Below, piece by piece: positions 40,821-50,727 of a stretch of DNA of 64,000 bases. The stretch comes from an uncultured delta proteobacterium (lineage in GTDB: Bacteria > Desulfobacterota > Binatia > UBA9968): positions 32,001 through 96,000 of the forward strand of contig CAWDPO010000011.1 in assembly GCA_963804165.1 (NCBI GenBank), in the 5' to 3' direction. Below the pieces are notes generated by a model, which searched no databases, was not told the origin of the DNA, and saw nothing but the letters and a program-made list of their open reading frames with translations. Position 1 is the stretch's first letter. Every line of letters starts with the position of its first letter. The translations under genes and the position numbers were made by a program.

Positions 40821-42326
40821 ATGCTTGATTCTCTGGCCAGCCTGGCCTTCGGTTTTTCGGTTGCCCTACAAGCGCAAAATCTTTTTTATTGCTTCATCGG
40901 GGTAACAATGGGGACCCTGGTTGGGGTTCTCCCCGGACTGGGTCCGACGGTGACGATTGCGTTGCTCCTGCCGGCCACCTTCCAACTCAATCCTGTTTCT
41001 GCCATTATCATGCTCTCGGGCATCTGTTATGGCGCCATGTACGGCGGCTCGACGACTTCGATCTTACTCAACATCCCCGGCGAAGCAGCTTCAGTGGTGA
41101 CCTGCCTTGATGGCTATCAAATGGCCCGTCAAGGCCGCGGCGGTCCGGCTCTTGGAATCTCGGCCTTCGGCTCCTTTATCGCGGGGACCATCAGCATCTT
41201 CGGCCTAGTCTTTCTCGCGCCGACCTTGGCCGAGCTTGGCCTCAAGTTCGGCCCGCCGGAGTACTTTGCCCTCATGGTCATGGGATTGACGGTCGTTGCG
41301 TACCTCGCGCGTAGGTCCATGGCTAAAGCTCTCGTGATGACTGTGTTCGGCATTGTTCTCGGATGCATCGGTTTAGATCCGGTGACTGCGACGCCGCGTT
41401 TTACTTTCGGCATGCTCGGGCTCGCCGACGGGATCAGTTTGCCGGCGATGGTCATGGGACTGTTCGGCATCGCCGAAGTTTTAGAGAATCTCGGCGTGCG
41501 CGCCAAGGCAGAAGTTTATTCCGGGAAGATTCAAGGACTCTTTCCCGACCGGGAAGACTGGCGGCGATCCGCGGGACCGATAGCGCGGGGCTCTCTTTTG
41601 GGATTCTTTCTCGGCCTGGTGCCCGGCGTCGGCGCGATCGTGCCGCAGTTTTTGAGCTACGCGTTGGAAAAAAAGCTCTCGGCCCATCCAGAGCGTTTCG
41701 GCAGCGGGGAAATCGAGGGTGTCGCGGCACCCGAAGCGTGCAATAACGCCGCCATGGGCGGAACTTTCATTCCGCTCTTGAGTCTGGGTATTCCTTCGAG
41801 CGCCACCACCGCCGTGCTGCTCGGCGCTTTGATGATCTACGGCCTGACCCCCGGACCTTTGCTGATCAAAAACTCGCCGGATCTTTTCTGGGGTGTCATT
41901 GCGAGCATGTATATCGGTAATGCGCTGCTGTTGGTTCTTAACCTGCCGCTTATTCCTCTGTGGGTGAAAATTTTGCAGATCCCCTATGCTTACCTCGCGT
42001 CTTTTATTATTTTGTTCTGCTTGATCGGCGCCTATAGTCTCAACAACAGCACCGCGGATATTTTTGTTGCCGTCCTGTTCAGTTTGATCGGGCTATTGTT
42101 AAAAAAATTTGATTTCGAGCCGGCGCCTTTGGTGCTGGCTTTTGTTTTGGGTCCCATGCTCGAGACCGCTCTAAGGCGCTCCCTGATATTATCGGACGGC
42201 AGCTTTGAGATCTTTCTCACGCGACCGATATCGGCCGCTTTTATACTGTTGGCTCTGGTTGCATTGACGGCGCCGCTGCTTGGCAAGAAGGTGAGGGTGG
42301 GACGTGGACTCAGTGAAGAAGATTAA
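40821..42326 (+). CDS. tctA: TctA permease
   Basis: [30 protein letters not shown]. Confidence 0.95.
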   Translation: MLDSLASLAFGFSVALQAQNLFYCFIGVTMGTLVGVLPGLGPTVTIALLLPATFQLNPVSAIIMLSGICYGAMYGGSTTSILLNIPGEAASVVTCLDGYQMARQGRGGPALGISAFGSFIAGTISIFGLVFLAPTLAELGLKFGPPEYFALMVMGLTVVAYLARRSMAKALVMTVFGIVLGCIGLDPVTATPRFTFGMLGLADGISLPAMVMGLFGIAEVLENLGVRAKAEVYSGKIQGLFPDREDWRRSAGPIARGSLLGFFLGLVPGVGAIVPQFLSYALEKKLSAHPERFGSGEIEGVAAPEACNNAAMGGTFIPLLSLGIPSSATTAVLLGALMIYGLTPGPLLIKNSPDLFWGVIASMYIGNALLLVLNLPLIPLWVKILQIPYAYLASFIILFCLIGAYSLNNSTADIFVAVLFSLIGLLLKKFDFEPAPLVLAFVLGPMLETALRRSLILSDGSFEIFLTRPISAAFILLALVALTAPLLGKKVRVGRGLSEED

Positions 42327-42774
42327 AAGAACGCTCGACACGGTCGGCGCGCTTTTCTGGTTTGTCTTGGCACTGGCAATATGTTACCGAGCCAGCTTAC
42401 TCGGCATCGGCAGCGCCAGCGAGCCGGGCTCCGGGTTTATCTTTTTTTGGTCCGGAGTGATCATGGCATTTCTCGCGCTGCTGATTTTTGCCGATTCTCT
42501 GCGGGTAGGCGGCGAAGATGGCGCGAAGTTTATTGGAATAAATTGGCCGAAAGTGTTGCTCGTTCTGGGGGCTATCCTCCTATATGGACTTTTACTGGAA
42601 AAGGTCGGCTTCGTCTTGACAACCTTTGCGCTGATGAGCTTTCTACTTTGGATCAGCGACGATACGAAGTGGCCGATTGCCCTCGCTGTTGCAGGTGCCG
42701 CCGCGTTGGGCAGTTTCGCGCTATTCGACCTTTGGTTACAGATCAGGCTTCCCAAAGGGATCTTCGGCATTTGA
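42304..42774 (+). CDS. tctB: TctB family protein
   Basis: EPGSGF, four TM segments, LQIRLPKG. Confidence 0.88.
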   Translation: MDSVKKIKRTLDTVGALFWFVLALAICYRASLLGIGSASEPGSGFIFFWSGVIMAFLALLIFADSLRVGGEDGAKFIGINWPKVLLVLGAILLYGLLLEKVGFVLTTFALMSFLLWISDDTKWPIALAVAGAAALGSFALFDLWLQIRLPKGIFGI

Positions 42775-42792
42775 CTCGAAACGGAGGAAACC

Positions 42793-43779
42793 ATGCGGTC
42801 GTCAGACAAAAGAATTTTGCTCATCTTAACTCTGGTTCTGGGTATTTCTTTGTTGCCGGCGATGGCTCGGGCGCAGGACAAATATCCCTCCCGGCCGATC
42901 GAAATGGTCGTCGCCTTTCCGGCGGGCGGCTTCGCCGATCTGACGGGAAGGATCTTCGCCGACGAAATGTCGAAGCTGCTCAACGTTACTTTTGCTCCCG
43001 TGAACAAAGGCGGAGCCACCGGCAGTCTCGCCGCCAGTGGTGTCCTGCGCGCGCCCAAGGACGGCTACAATCTGCTCGTCAATACCCTGGGGGGCATGGT
43101 GCTGGCGCCGATCGTCCTGAAAGATGTCGCCTACGATGCCCAGAAGGATTTTTATCCGGTTGCGTATATTACTTCCGCGCCGGACGGGCTTACGGTGCGC
43201 GCCGACTCTCCGTTCAAATCTATTCATGATTTGATCGACGCGGCCAAAAAGAACCCGGCAAAATTATCCTACGGCACGGCGGGGACCGGAGTCGGGGGTC
43301 ACTTCAACGCGGCGATCTTTGCGCACAGCGCCGCTATCAAAATTAAACACGTGCCGTTCAAAGGCGGCGGCGAGTATGTTCCATCGCTCTTGGGAGGACA
43401 CATCGATTTCGTCGTCGGCACCGCGATCGCTACGCTGCCCCAAGAGCAGGCGGGCAAACTGAGAACTTTGGCGTTTCTTAGCGACAATAAAATGCCCGCT
43501 CTACCCGGCGTCTCGACGGCTTCTCAACTCGGTATCAAGGGAGATTTTCTCGATAGCTGGGCGGGTTGTTTCGTCGCGACGGGGACACCGAAGGCCGCGA
43601 TCGACGCGCTCGTGACCGCCGCCGATAAAGTGCTCAAGTCCAAACCGTTCGCCGAACGGATCGAAAAGACCGGCGGCATCGTGCAGTACCTTTCGCCGTC
43701 TCAGTTTCAGTCGATGATCGAGAAAAACAAAAACAGCGCCATGGAAACAGCCAAGAGGGAGGGGCTGCTACCGCAGTAA
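42793..43779 (+). CDS. tctC: TctC/Bug substrate-binding protein
   Basis: YPSRPI..FPAGG..D, NKGGA, DGY, HVPFKGGGE. Confidence 0.92.
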   Translation: MRSSDKRILLILTLVLGISLLPAMARAQDKYPSRPIEMVVAFPAGGFADLTGRIFADEMSKLLNVTFAPVNKGGATGSLAASGVLRAPKDGYNLLVNTLGGMVLAPIVLKDVAYDAQKDFYPVAYITSAPDGLTVRADSPFKSIHDLIDAAKKNPAKLSYGTAGTGVGGHFNAAIFAHSAAIKIKHVPFKGGGEYVPSLLGGHIDFVVGTAIATLPQEQAGKLRTLAFLSDNKMPALPGVSTASQLGIKGDFLDSWAGCFVATGTPKAAIDALVTAADKVLKSKPFAERIEKTGGIVQYLSPSQFQSMIEKNKNSAMETAKREGLLPQ

Positions 43780-44021
43780 GAATAGTTTCAGAATGATTCA
43801 CGCGAAAAAACAGATTTCCAGGTGATTCTGTCTATGAGGGAAATAACTTGCCATCGCATGATTCGGTGCTGATCTCACGGAGGAACTGTGGACGATCCAG
43901 ACAGAAATCTTAGTGGTGAGGCGCAACCTTGAGTATATTTTCGAAGTAAGCCGTCGGGCGAACCACAAATATGAAAATTTTCTTGGCCGCGCGCTTGTGA
44001 CGTGTTAGTCTCCGAGGAGAA

Positions 44022-44747
44022 ATGGTTCCAAAGAAAATTTTTTACACCAAAGGAGTCGGGGTTCATAAGGAAAAGCTGGCTTCTTTTGAAATGGCGCTGA
44101 GGGTTGCCGGCCTGGCCCACTGTAATTTGGTCCTGGTTTCGAGCATCTTTCCGCCAGACTGCAAGATTGTTCCCAAGGAGGAAGGCTTAAAGCTGTTACG
44201 ACCCGGCGAGATCGTATTTGCCGTTTATGATCGAGAAAGTAACAACGAGCCGAATCGCCTCATTGCAGCTTCGGTCGGCGTGGCGATCCCCGCAGATTCG
44301 TCCGTGCATGGGTATCTTTCCGAGCATCATTCGTTTGGTGAAACGGACGAAAAAGCCGGCGAATATGCCGAAGACCTTGCCGCTAGCATGTTGGCGACCA
44401 CCTTGGGGATCGAATTTGATCCTGAATTGGATTGGGACGAGCGAGAGCAGATTTTTAAGATGTCGGGAAAGATCGTCCGTACCACCAATATCACTCAGTC
44501 TGCGGTTGGCAATAAGGATGGTCTCTGGACCACGGTGTTTGCAGCTGCGGTTTTTATCAATGACGAAAGCCTATCTTTTGACATCGGAAAGTCCGTCACT
44601 GTTAGCAATAAGGCTCCGCTTCAGGAAGAAGTCTTGAGGCAAACGTTACAGAGCCAGTCTAAAACGATCCAAGCCAACGACAAACTAGCGCAGCGTAACA
44701 TAGAGCAGCCTAGACTCGCTCCGGCGACAAAAAAGAGCCTTTCGTAA
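44022..44747 (+). CDS. pdaD: Pyruvoyl-dependent arginine decarboxylase
   Basis: SFEMALR.AG..CNLV.VSSIFPP self-cleavage site, GYLSEHH; about 60-aa C-terminal extension. Confidence 0.9.
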   Translation: MVPKKIFYTKGVGVHKEKLASFEMALRVAGLAHCNLVLVSSIFPPDCKIVPKEEGLKLLRPGEIVFAVYDRESNNEPNRLIAASVGVAIPADSSVHGYLSEHHSFGETDEKAGEYAEDLAASMLATTLGIEFDPELDWDEREQIFKMSGKIVRTTNITQSAVGNKDGLWTTVFAAAVFINDESLSFDIGKSVTVSNKAPLQEEVLRQTLQSQSKTIQANDKLAQRNIEQPRLAPATKKSLS

Positions 44748-44950
44748 ACTCCTTCTACTTACGTTCTAAGTCGTTTGACTTTGAGAATTCTCAAGGTCGA
44801 AAAGGTTCTGAGCAAGAAGCTAAGCCGTTAACCTATTGGATTGCTGTGCAGCCCGCTGTTCGGCGAGAAGTTGCGTCAAGAAGTACCAAGAGAATCGTGC
44901 TAGCGTGATTTCGCAAGGCGGTAAACCGGAACCGATCGAAGAGATGACCT

Positions 44951-45535
44951 GTGGCTAGGAACGAGCAAACAGTTTATTTATTGCGCCATGGGGAGACCGA
45001 GTGGAGTCTCAATGGACAACACACCGGCGTCACCGATATTCCACTGACCGAGAACGGCCGCAGGGCCGCGCGCCTCCTCAAAACCATTCTAGCCAAGGTG
45101 ACCTTTGCATTGGTCCTCACCAGTCCGCTCCAGCGCGCTCGCGAAACCAGCGAGTTGGCCGGGCTTGGCCAACTCGCTAACGTCGAGCCCGACTTAATCG
45201 AGTGGAACTATGGCGAGTACGAGGGACTCAAGACGGAACAAATCCGCCTGACGAGACCCGCTTGGTCGGTGTTTCGAGACGGCTGCCCCGGCGGCGAGAC
45301 ACCGGAGCAGGTGGGCGCGCGCGCCGATCGCGTCATCACGAAGGTTCGCGCCGCAGAGGGAGACGTTGCCCTATTCGCGCACGGCCATATCCTGCGCGTT
45401 CTCGCGGTGCGCTGGATCAACCTATCGCCAGGCTATGGCGAGAACTTCTTGCTCGACACGGCGACCCTGAACGTCCTCGGTTACTACCGCGAGTCTCCAG
45501 CCTTCAAGATTTGGAACGCGCCGCTGGCGCGCTGA
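44951..45535 (+). CDS. Histidine phosphatase (PGM family)
   Basis: LRHGETEWS, SPLQRA, EWNYG, AHG. Confidence 0.92.
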   Translation: MARNEQTVYLLRHGETEWSLNGQHTGVTDIPLTENGRRAARLLKTILAKVTFALVLTSPLQRARETSELAGLGQLANVEPDLIEWNYGEYEGLKTEQIRLTRPAWSVFRDGCPGGETPEQVGARADRVITKVRAAEGDVALFAHGHILRVLAVRWINLSPGYGENFLLDTATLNVLGYYRESPAFKIWNAPLAR

Positions 45536-45561
45536 ACGTCGAACATAGACGTTGCTCAGCC

Positions 45562-46254
45562 TCATCCTTCCAGCGCCAATCTAACGGCTTCGTTTACGTG
45601 AAGTGCCATCGTATCGAACAGCCTGACCGGGGTATCTTCAACGTGAATAAGTAAGGGGAGCTCCGTACACGCAAGGACCACCGCTTCTGCGCCCGCTCGT
45701 TGGAGATCCAGAATCATTGCTTTAATCTTTTGTTTGGATTCGGGAATCAGCTTTCCCGCGCACAGCTCGTTAAATATCACGTTGTGGACATAGTCGCGCG
45801 CTACCCGGTCGGGGACCACAACATCTATTCCCCTAGCGCGAAACCGTTCCTTATAGAAATCCTGTTCCATCACGAAACGGGTGCCCAAAAGGCCAACCCT
45901 GGAGATCTCAGCCTTGGTGACCTCCTCCGCAGTGACATCGGCGATGTGCAACAACGGGACGTGGATCGATCGCTGCACTGCATCCGCGACCTTGTGGGCT
46001 GTATTCGACGCCATGATTGCAAACTCCGCGCCGGCTTTTTCAACGCGGGCAATTGCGTCAATTAGAATTGTCGCTAGTTCCTCCCAACGTTCCTCCAGTT
46101 CGAGTTGTGCGGCTCGCTGGAAATCCATGCTGTACATGACCAGCTCTGCGGAATGAGCCGGCCCTAATCTTGATTTGATGCTCTCATTGATCAAACGGTA
46201 ATACTCGGCTGAGGACTCCCAGCTCATGCCGCCAATAATGCCGATGGTTTTCAT
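45562..46254 (-). CDS. Aspartate/glutamate racemase family (RacX/YgeA-like)
   Basis: MKTIGIIGGMSWES, SNTAH, GLLGT, ACTEL; start at ATG 46254. Confidence 0.9.
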   Translation of the reverse strand: MKTIGIIGGMSWESSAEYYRLINESIKSRLGPAHSAELVMYSMDFQRAAQLELEERWEELATILIDAIARVEKAGAEFAIMASNTAHKVADAVQRSIHVPLLHIADVTAEEVTKAEISRVGLLGTRFVMEQDFYKERFRARGIDVVVPDRVARDYVHNVIFNELCAGKLIPESKQKIKAMILDLQRAGAEAVVLACTELPLLIHVEDTPVRLFDTMALHVNEAVRLALEG

Positions 46255-46272
46255 GGTTCTCTCCGTTCTTGT

Positions 46273-46479
46273 CCAGTGTCCTGTCTCAGAAGGTTTGCGA
46301 CATAATTCTCGCGTCATTCCGTCGGAAAATCTCCCCTTCCCCTCTTTGGCAAAGAGGGGTGAGAATCGCACGGAGAAAATTCCCCCTTTGAAAAAGGGGG
46401 ACAAAGGGGGATTTGAGTTCAACTTCAGAGGCTGCCATCGTTTGGACTTTTTAAACGAACTTCTGAGACGCCACACTAG
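46273..46479. mobile_element. MITE-like element, family 1
   Basis: ccagtgtcctgtctcagaag ... cttctgagacgccacactag; internal CCCCTCTTT/AAAGAGGGG and CCCCCTTT/AAAGGGGG palindromes. Confidence 0.72.
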
Positions 46480-46632
46480 CAGTCTACTGAAAAAGACTCA
46501 TAGGCTTCGTTGCGCTCAATCGCCTCGCGTCAAGGTACTGCCGATGTACGCCTCCGCTCCCCGATTTTTCGCGCGCCTCGCCTCTAAGTCTTTTTGAGCA
46601 GCCTGCAATCCGGGTTTTCAGCAACCTACTGG
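46476..46632. mobile_element. MITE-like element, family 2, abutting family 1 at a shared CTAG
   Basis: ctagcagtctactgaaaaag ... ctttttgagcagcctgc ... ttttcagcaacctact; interior similar to 8405-8536. Confidence 0.68.
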
Positions 46633-46636
46633 AACC

Positions 46637-46891
46637 CTAAGACAGACGTGTTACGCGAGTGAAAAATCCCGGAATAAGACAGATGAAAAACTTTTTCAGA
46701 TATCGTTTGGCGCGCCCTGTTGAGGCGCCGTAACGCTGACGCCACTCTTCCTGCGCCCACAGCTCCCGCTGCACTCTCATGCGATCCGCCCTGGTTAAGC
46801 GTTGCTCACAGACCGGGCCACGGCAGCAGCGACAGATCAGAGAGAGGCCGCAATCCTCTGTGTGAAATAAATGGTTCATGGTCAGTTCCAT
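46637..46891 (-). CDS. Small Cys-rich hypothetical protein divergent from the MocR regulator
   Basis: 84-aa ORF in the position typical of MocR target genes. Confidence 0.45.
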   Translation of the reverse strand: MELTMNHLFHTEDCGLSLICRCCRGPVCEQRLTRADRMRVQRELWAQEEWRQRYGASTGRAKRYLKKFFICLIPGFFTRVTRLS

Positions 46892-47047
46892 CGATCCGGA
46901 TGGAAATTAACCACTATCCGCATTAGAGTACAGATTCAGTTACATGAAATTAGAACCATAACAGTTTTAATTTCTTGCAACTGTACCGGCGCAGTTTCAC
47001 CACTGCTGTATCTGCCAAAAAAGCGAAGGGAGCGTTAGTATCGGCTC

Positions 47048-48490
47048 ATGCTTAAGCAAGACTCTCGAAGTGTGGACCTGCTTTACGAGCGAGTCGCGGA
47101 TCACATCACCCAGCTTATCGAAAGGGCACTTTGCACGCAGGTGAGCGGCTTCCATCGATCCGTAAACTGAGCTCGCAGATGGACGTCAGCATTTCCACGG
47201 TGCTCCAGGCCTACATGACTCTCGAAGATAGGAACTGGATCGAGGCCAAACCGCAATCGGGATTTTACGTGAGGCCAGCGCGCAATCTTCCGCCTGAGCC
47301 GAAGGCATCGACCCCGTCACCGCTTGTCACGCGCGTCGGCGTGAGCGAGCTCGTCGCGCAGGTTTTTCAGTCCGCGCATGACCCGGAGATGATTCAACTG
47401 GCGCTATCCACGCCAAGCCCGGATCATCTTCCGGTCAAAAGATTGAACCGACTGATGGCCGCCGCCACGGCGAGGTCGGGCGCCCGCGCCTTGAGTTACG
47501 ATTTTCCTCCCGGCTACGCCCCGCTCAGACATGAGATTGCCAAGCGGTCGATCGACTGCAGGATGCCGGCTCTCCGAAAATGAGATCGTCACGACCCATG
47601 GAACGATGGAGGCGCTGAATCTCTGCCTTCGCGCAGTTGCGAAGGCGGGTGATATCGTTGCGATCGAATCGCCCGCGTTCTACGGAACCTTACAAATTAT
47701 CGAAAGCCTCGGAATGAAGGCGTTGGAGATCCCTGCCGATCCGAGGGATGGAATTATTCTCGATGCCTTGGCTTCGGCAATTCGGCGACAAAAGGTTAAA
47801 GCCTGCCTGTTCGTTCTGAATTTCAGCAATCCCCTGGGGAGTTGCATGCCGGACGCCAACAAGAAGGAGTTGGTCGAATTACTCGCGCGGCGTGAAATTC
47901 CGCTGATCGAAGACGACATCTACGGTGACTTGTGTTTTGGCTCGGTTCGACCCAGAACTGCAAAAGCCTACGACAAACAAGGACTCGTGCTTTTGTGCTC
48001 TTCGTTCTCGAAGACCCTGGCTCCGGGATATCGGGTTGGCTGGACGGCGCCGGGCCGGTTCAAGCCGCAAGTCGAAAGCCTCAAGTTTACGAGCTCCATG
48101 GCGACCGTCACTGCGCCACAGATGGCGATCGCGGATTTTTTGCAAAGCGGCGGCTACGATCGTTACCTGAGAAAGCTTCGCCGGATCCTAATGGCCCAAG
48201 TTCAGCAGATGAGCAATGCCGTTGGCCGATACTTTCCCGCCGGTACGAAAGTCACGAGACCGCAAGGCGGATATGTTCTCTGGGTCGAACTGCCGCGATC
48301 TGTCGATTCGCTCGACTTGCATCGCCGAGCGTTACAGCAAAAGATCAGCATCGCACCCGGCCCGATCTTTTCCGCCAAGCAGAAATATAAGAACTTTATT
48401 CGGCTAAGTTGCGGTCTGCCGTGGTCGGACAAGATCGATCGAGCGGTTCAAACTCTAGCGGAGTTGGCGCGGAAGTCTGATTCTTCGTAG
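47048..48490 (+). CDS. MocR/GntR PLP-dependent transcriptional regulator, frameshifted near 47122 and 47565
   Basis: LYERVA../GERLPSIR..STV.QAY wHTH; NFSNPLG, IEDDIY, SSFSKTLAPGYRVGW. Confidence 0.9.
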
Positions 48491-48590
48491 AGCACGGTAG
48501 GTAGATGACAGGCTCTCGATGGTCGTCTTGATCGAAAAGCAATCTGGTTCGCGCACGGACCATTTTTTCCCGCGTTTTTGCCGTGCGGAC

Positions 48591-48845
48591 TCAGTTGTTT
48601 CTATAGGCTAAGACTTTCTCAAGCACAGGGTCTCGTCCAGCGAAATAGTCGGTAGCCGTAACCTGCACAGGAATGTCTCGGACGAGGGTGGGCGGGTCGT
48701 TTTGAATTCGCTTGAAGTGCTGTGTCGAATAAGAAACGGATATGCCTGAATTTGGCAATGTGAAGTGTCTGTAGTCACCATACATATTTGGTCGAGATCC
48801 TGTCGGTTCGCCAATGGCTAGACTGGCATAGAAGTAACGCTTCAT
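48591..48845 (-). pseudogene. C-terminal fragment of an S41-like peptidase
   Basis: IGEPTG..PN.YG...FTLPNSG..V.YST, GRDPVL; no intact N-terminus. Confidence 0.55.
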
Positions 48846-49000
48846 TCTGTGTGGAATTTTGCCCTAGGAAGGTTTCGCTTTACGGTCGTAATGACGAACA
48901 TTGGAGTGTCCGTCCATGGGCTTGTGTGGCGTTGCCGAATTGGGAAAAGGTGTTCGCAATCACAGGCCAAATTTGGTTTGAAAGGCATTTGGCAGGTGTT

Positions 49001-49464
49001 CTACCTTTGTTGCCGTCTAGTTTTCTCTAAGAGCTTGATATCTCCAAGATCCTTGTTTCGGTTGGCGGCGCGTTTATTCTTGATTAGAAGATCTCGGCTA
49101 ATAATGTAAACCGAAACTTCTGATATACTTCCGTGCTCCCGGCTATCCCAGGCATCCTCAAAGCTAACTCCGCTGATTCCTGTCAGTATGTCGATACGAT
49201 TGGGCTCCCGCCCGAGTTGAATAACATGATCCACTTGCAGGAAATCGGTTCGTGTGATGCCGGTCTGTCCGAAGCCGAAGGCTTCGATGACTTCCATCAA
49301 TCTTTCGGCATTAGTGTCTTCCCGGAAACAAAGATATCAAGGTCGCCGGTATAACGCGGGCGGCCGTGAAAAGCCACGGCCCAGGCGCCGACGATCACGT
49401 ACTTAACACTCTTGGTGTTGAGTAAGCGGATGAATTCGCGCAGATCGCTCGACAACGGCCGCAT
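49001..49464 (-). CDS. Minimal nucleotidyltransferase, frameshifted near 49320
   Basis: MRPLSSDLREFI..IVGAWAVAFHGRPRYTGDLDI joins RIDIL..NK.A.NR.KD..D. Confidence 0.8.
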
Positions 49465-49594
49465 CAGGGTTCTCGGGCATGATCAATTCAAGGAGGATTT
49501 GGAGCTTCTCATTTCCGGAGAGCATCCGGTAATACTCACAGTCGGCATCATCGGCTTCATCAAATGAGTCGAATTTTCGGACGACGATTTCCAT
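49403..49594 (-). CDS. Small hypothetical protein overlapping the nucleotidyltransferase start
   Basis: MEIVVRKFDSFDEAD..D.EYY..LS..EKL, 63 aa. Confidence 0.65.
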   Translation of the reverse strand: MEIVVRKFDSFDEADDADCEYYRMLSGNEKLQILLELIMPENPDAAVVERSARIHPLTQHQEC

Positions 49595-49733
49595 GAAATT
49601 TCCGCGTGTACCGCTTCGAATGGCCTTTAGGATAGCACACTCGTCAGACAATCGACAGTCGCGTCGCGTCAACCCACCCGGTAATTCAAATGCTGCCACG
49701 AGCAGGTTAGGCCCGAACAAATTACCGACCGAC

Positions 49734-50418
49734 CTAGTTCACCGCGAAGCAGTAAAACAAACCGTTTCCACCTGAGCTGCGCAACCCTTCTTGGCTGCAT
49801 CCGCCGCTGGCATCTGTCCCGCGGGATGGGTGAGACGAGTTCCACGATTTGGAAGATTCGCCCTCGCCGCGTCCTTGGCGGTCGTGGTGACCGAGCATCG
49901 CCGAGCCTGTGGTGCTGCTCGTCCAGTTGCGGCAGGTTCTGTCCTCACTCGCCGGAGAAGGCACGGCCGTCGGGTTGAGAGCCGGTGAGTATATCGTGCA
50001 TGTTCGGCTTGTCGCCGCGCGCGTTGATGGTTTCACCTTTCTCGCTAAGGGCGTTTTCTTTGTTGATCTTATTGTTGTTGCTGTGCAGATCATCGACGTC
50101 TTTGGCGATGACGACGCCTTTGGCGTTTTGCCAGGGACCTTTGCCGATGCGATCACGGGCGTTGACGGCGGGCTTGCCATCGGCTGCGCTGGTGCTCAAG
50201 TAGGCGTGCCAGGTGCGGTTGCCGGCACCGGCCGCTTGCGCAAGCGCTTGACAATGTTTGTCCGCGCCGGCCAAGCCGCCGAGATCGGCGCCCTTTCCGG
50301 AACCGGCGCTGGTGATGAAAAACGTCATGCTGCCTTTTTGTTCCTGCGAGCTGGCGACCCAGCTTAGCGAAAGCAGCACCAGCAGAACGGCCAGTGACAT
50401 CCAGACTTTGTTTTTCAT
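49734..50418 (-). CDS. Secreted endostatin/C-type-lectin-like protein, frameshifted near 49950
   Basis: GADLGGLAGAD..C..LA..AG..WHAYLS, HDILTGS; TC.NWTS..GHHDR..LFYCF in the second frame. Confidence 0.8.
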
Positions 50419-50727
50419 GCTTTCCTCCTTGATTGAGCTCGTGCGGGCATGACTCCCATCGTTTGGCGGACGATTCTATATCACACGAGCCGTGGGCGAG
50501 TGAAGATGGAGATAGAAAGAATGGCGCAAGGTCAGATAGAGCGGGAAACTCGTGGCGCACCTTAATTCATATTTGCCCGTCTTGGATATCGGCGACTACG
50601 GTCTGGTTAGGTGATAGTGTGCTCAGATATGACTCGTGATAAGTTGACGCTCGCTTCGGTGATTTGTTAAACGGATGTCAGCTACCATCGGACTTTGAAA
50701 GTCGACGCGACAAATAGGAATCGAGCC

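Noticed and set aside
43913-43966. Lysine riboswitch (GAGGCGC...AGUA...GCCG)
   Set aside because: Far too short for the five-stem lysine aptamer; P3-P5 are absent
46255-46476. N-terminal extension of the racemase ORF (likewise 7832..7936 of the SBP)
   Set aside because: These are translations of MITE/REP DNA; family-typical starts lie downstream
47120-47570. Programmed ribosomal frameshifting in split genes
   Set aside because: No consistent slippery heptamer or stimulatory structure seen; these families are not known to be recoded and indel error is simpler
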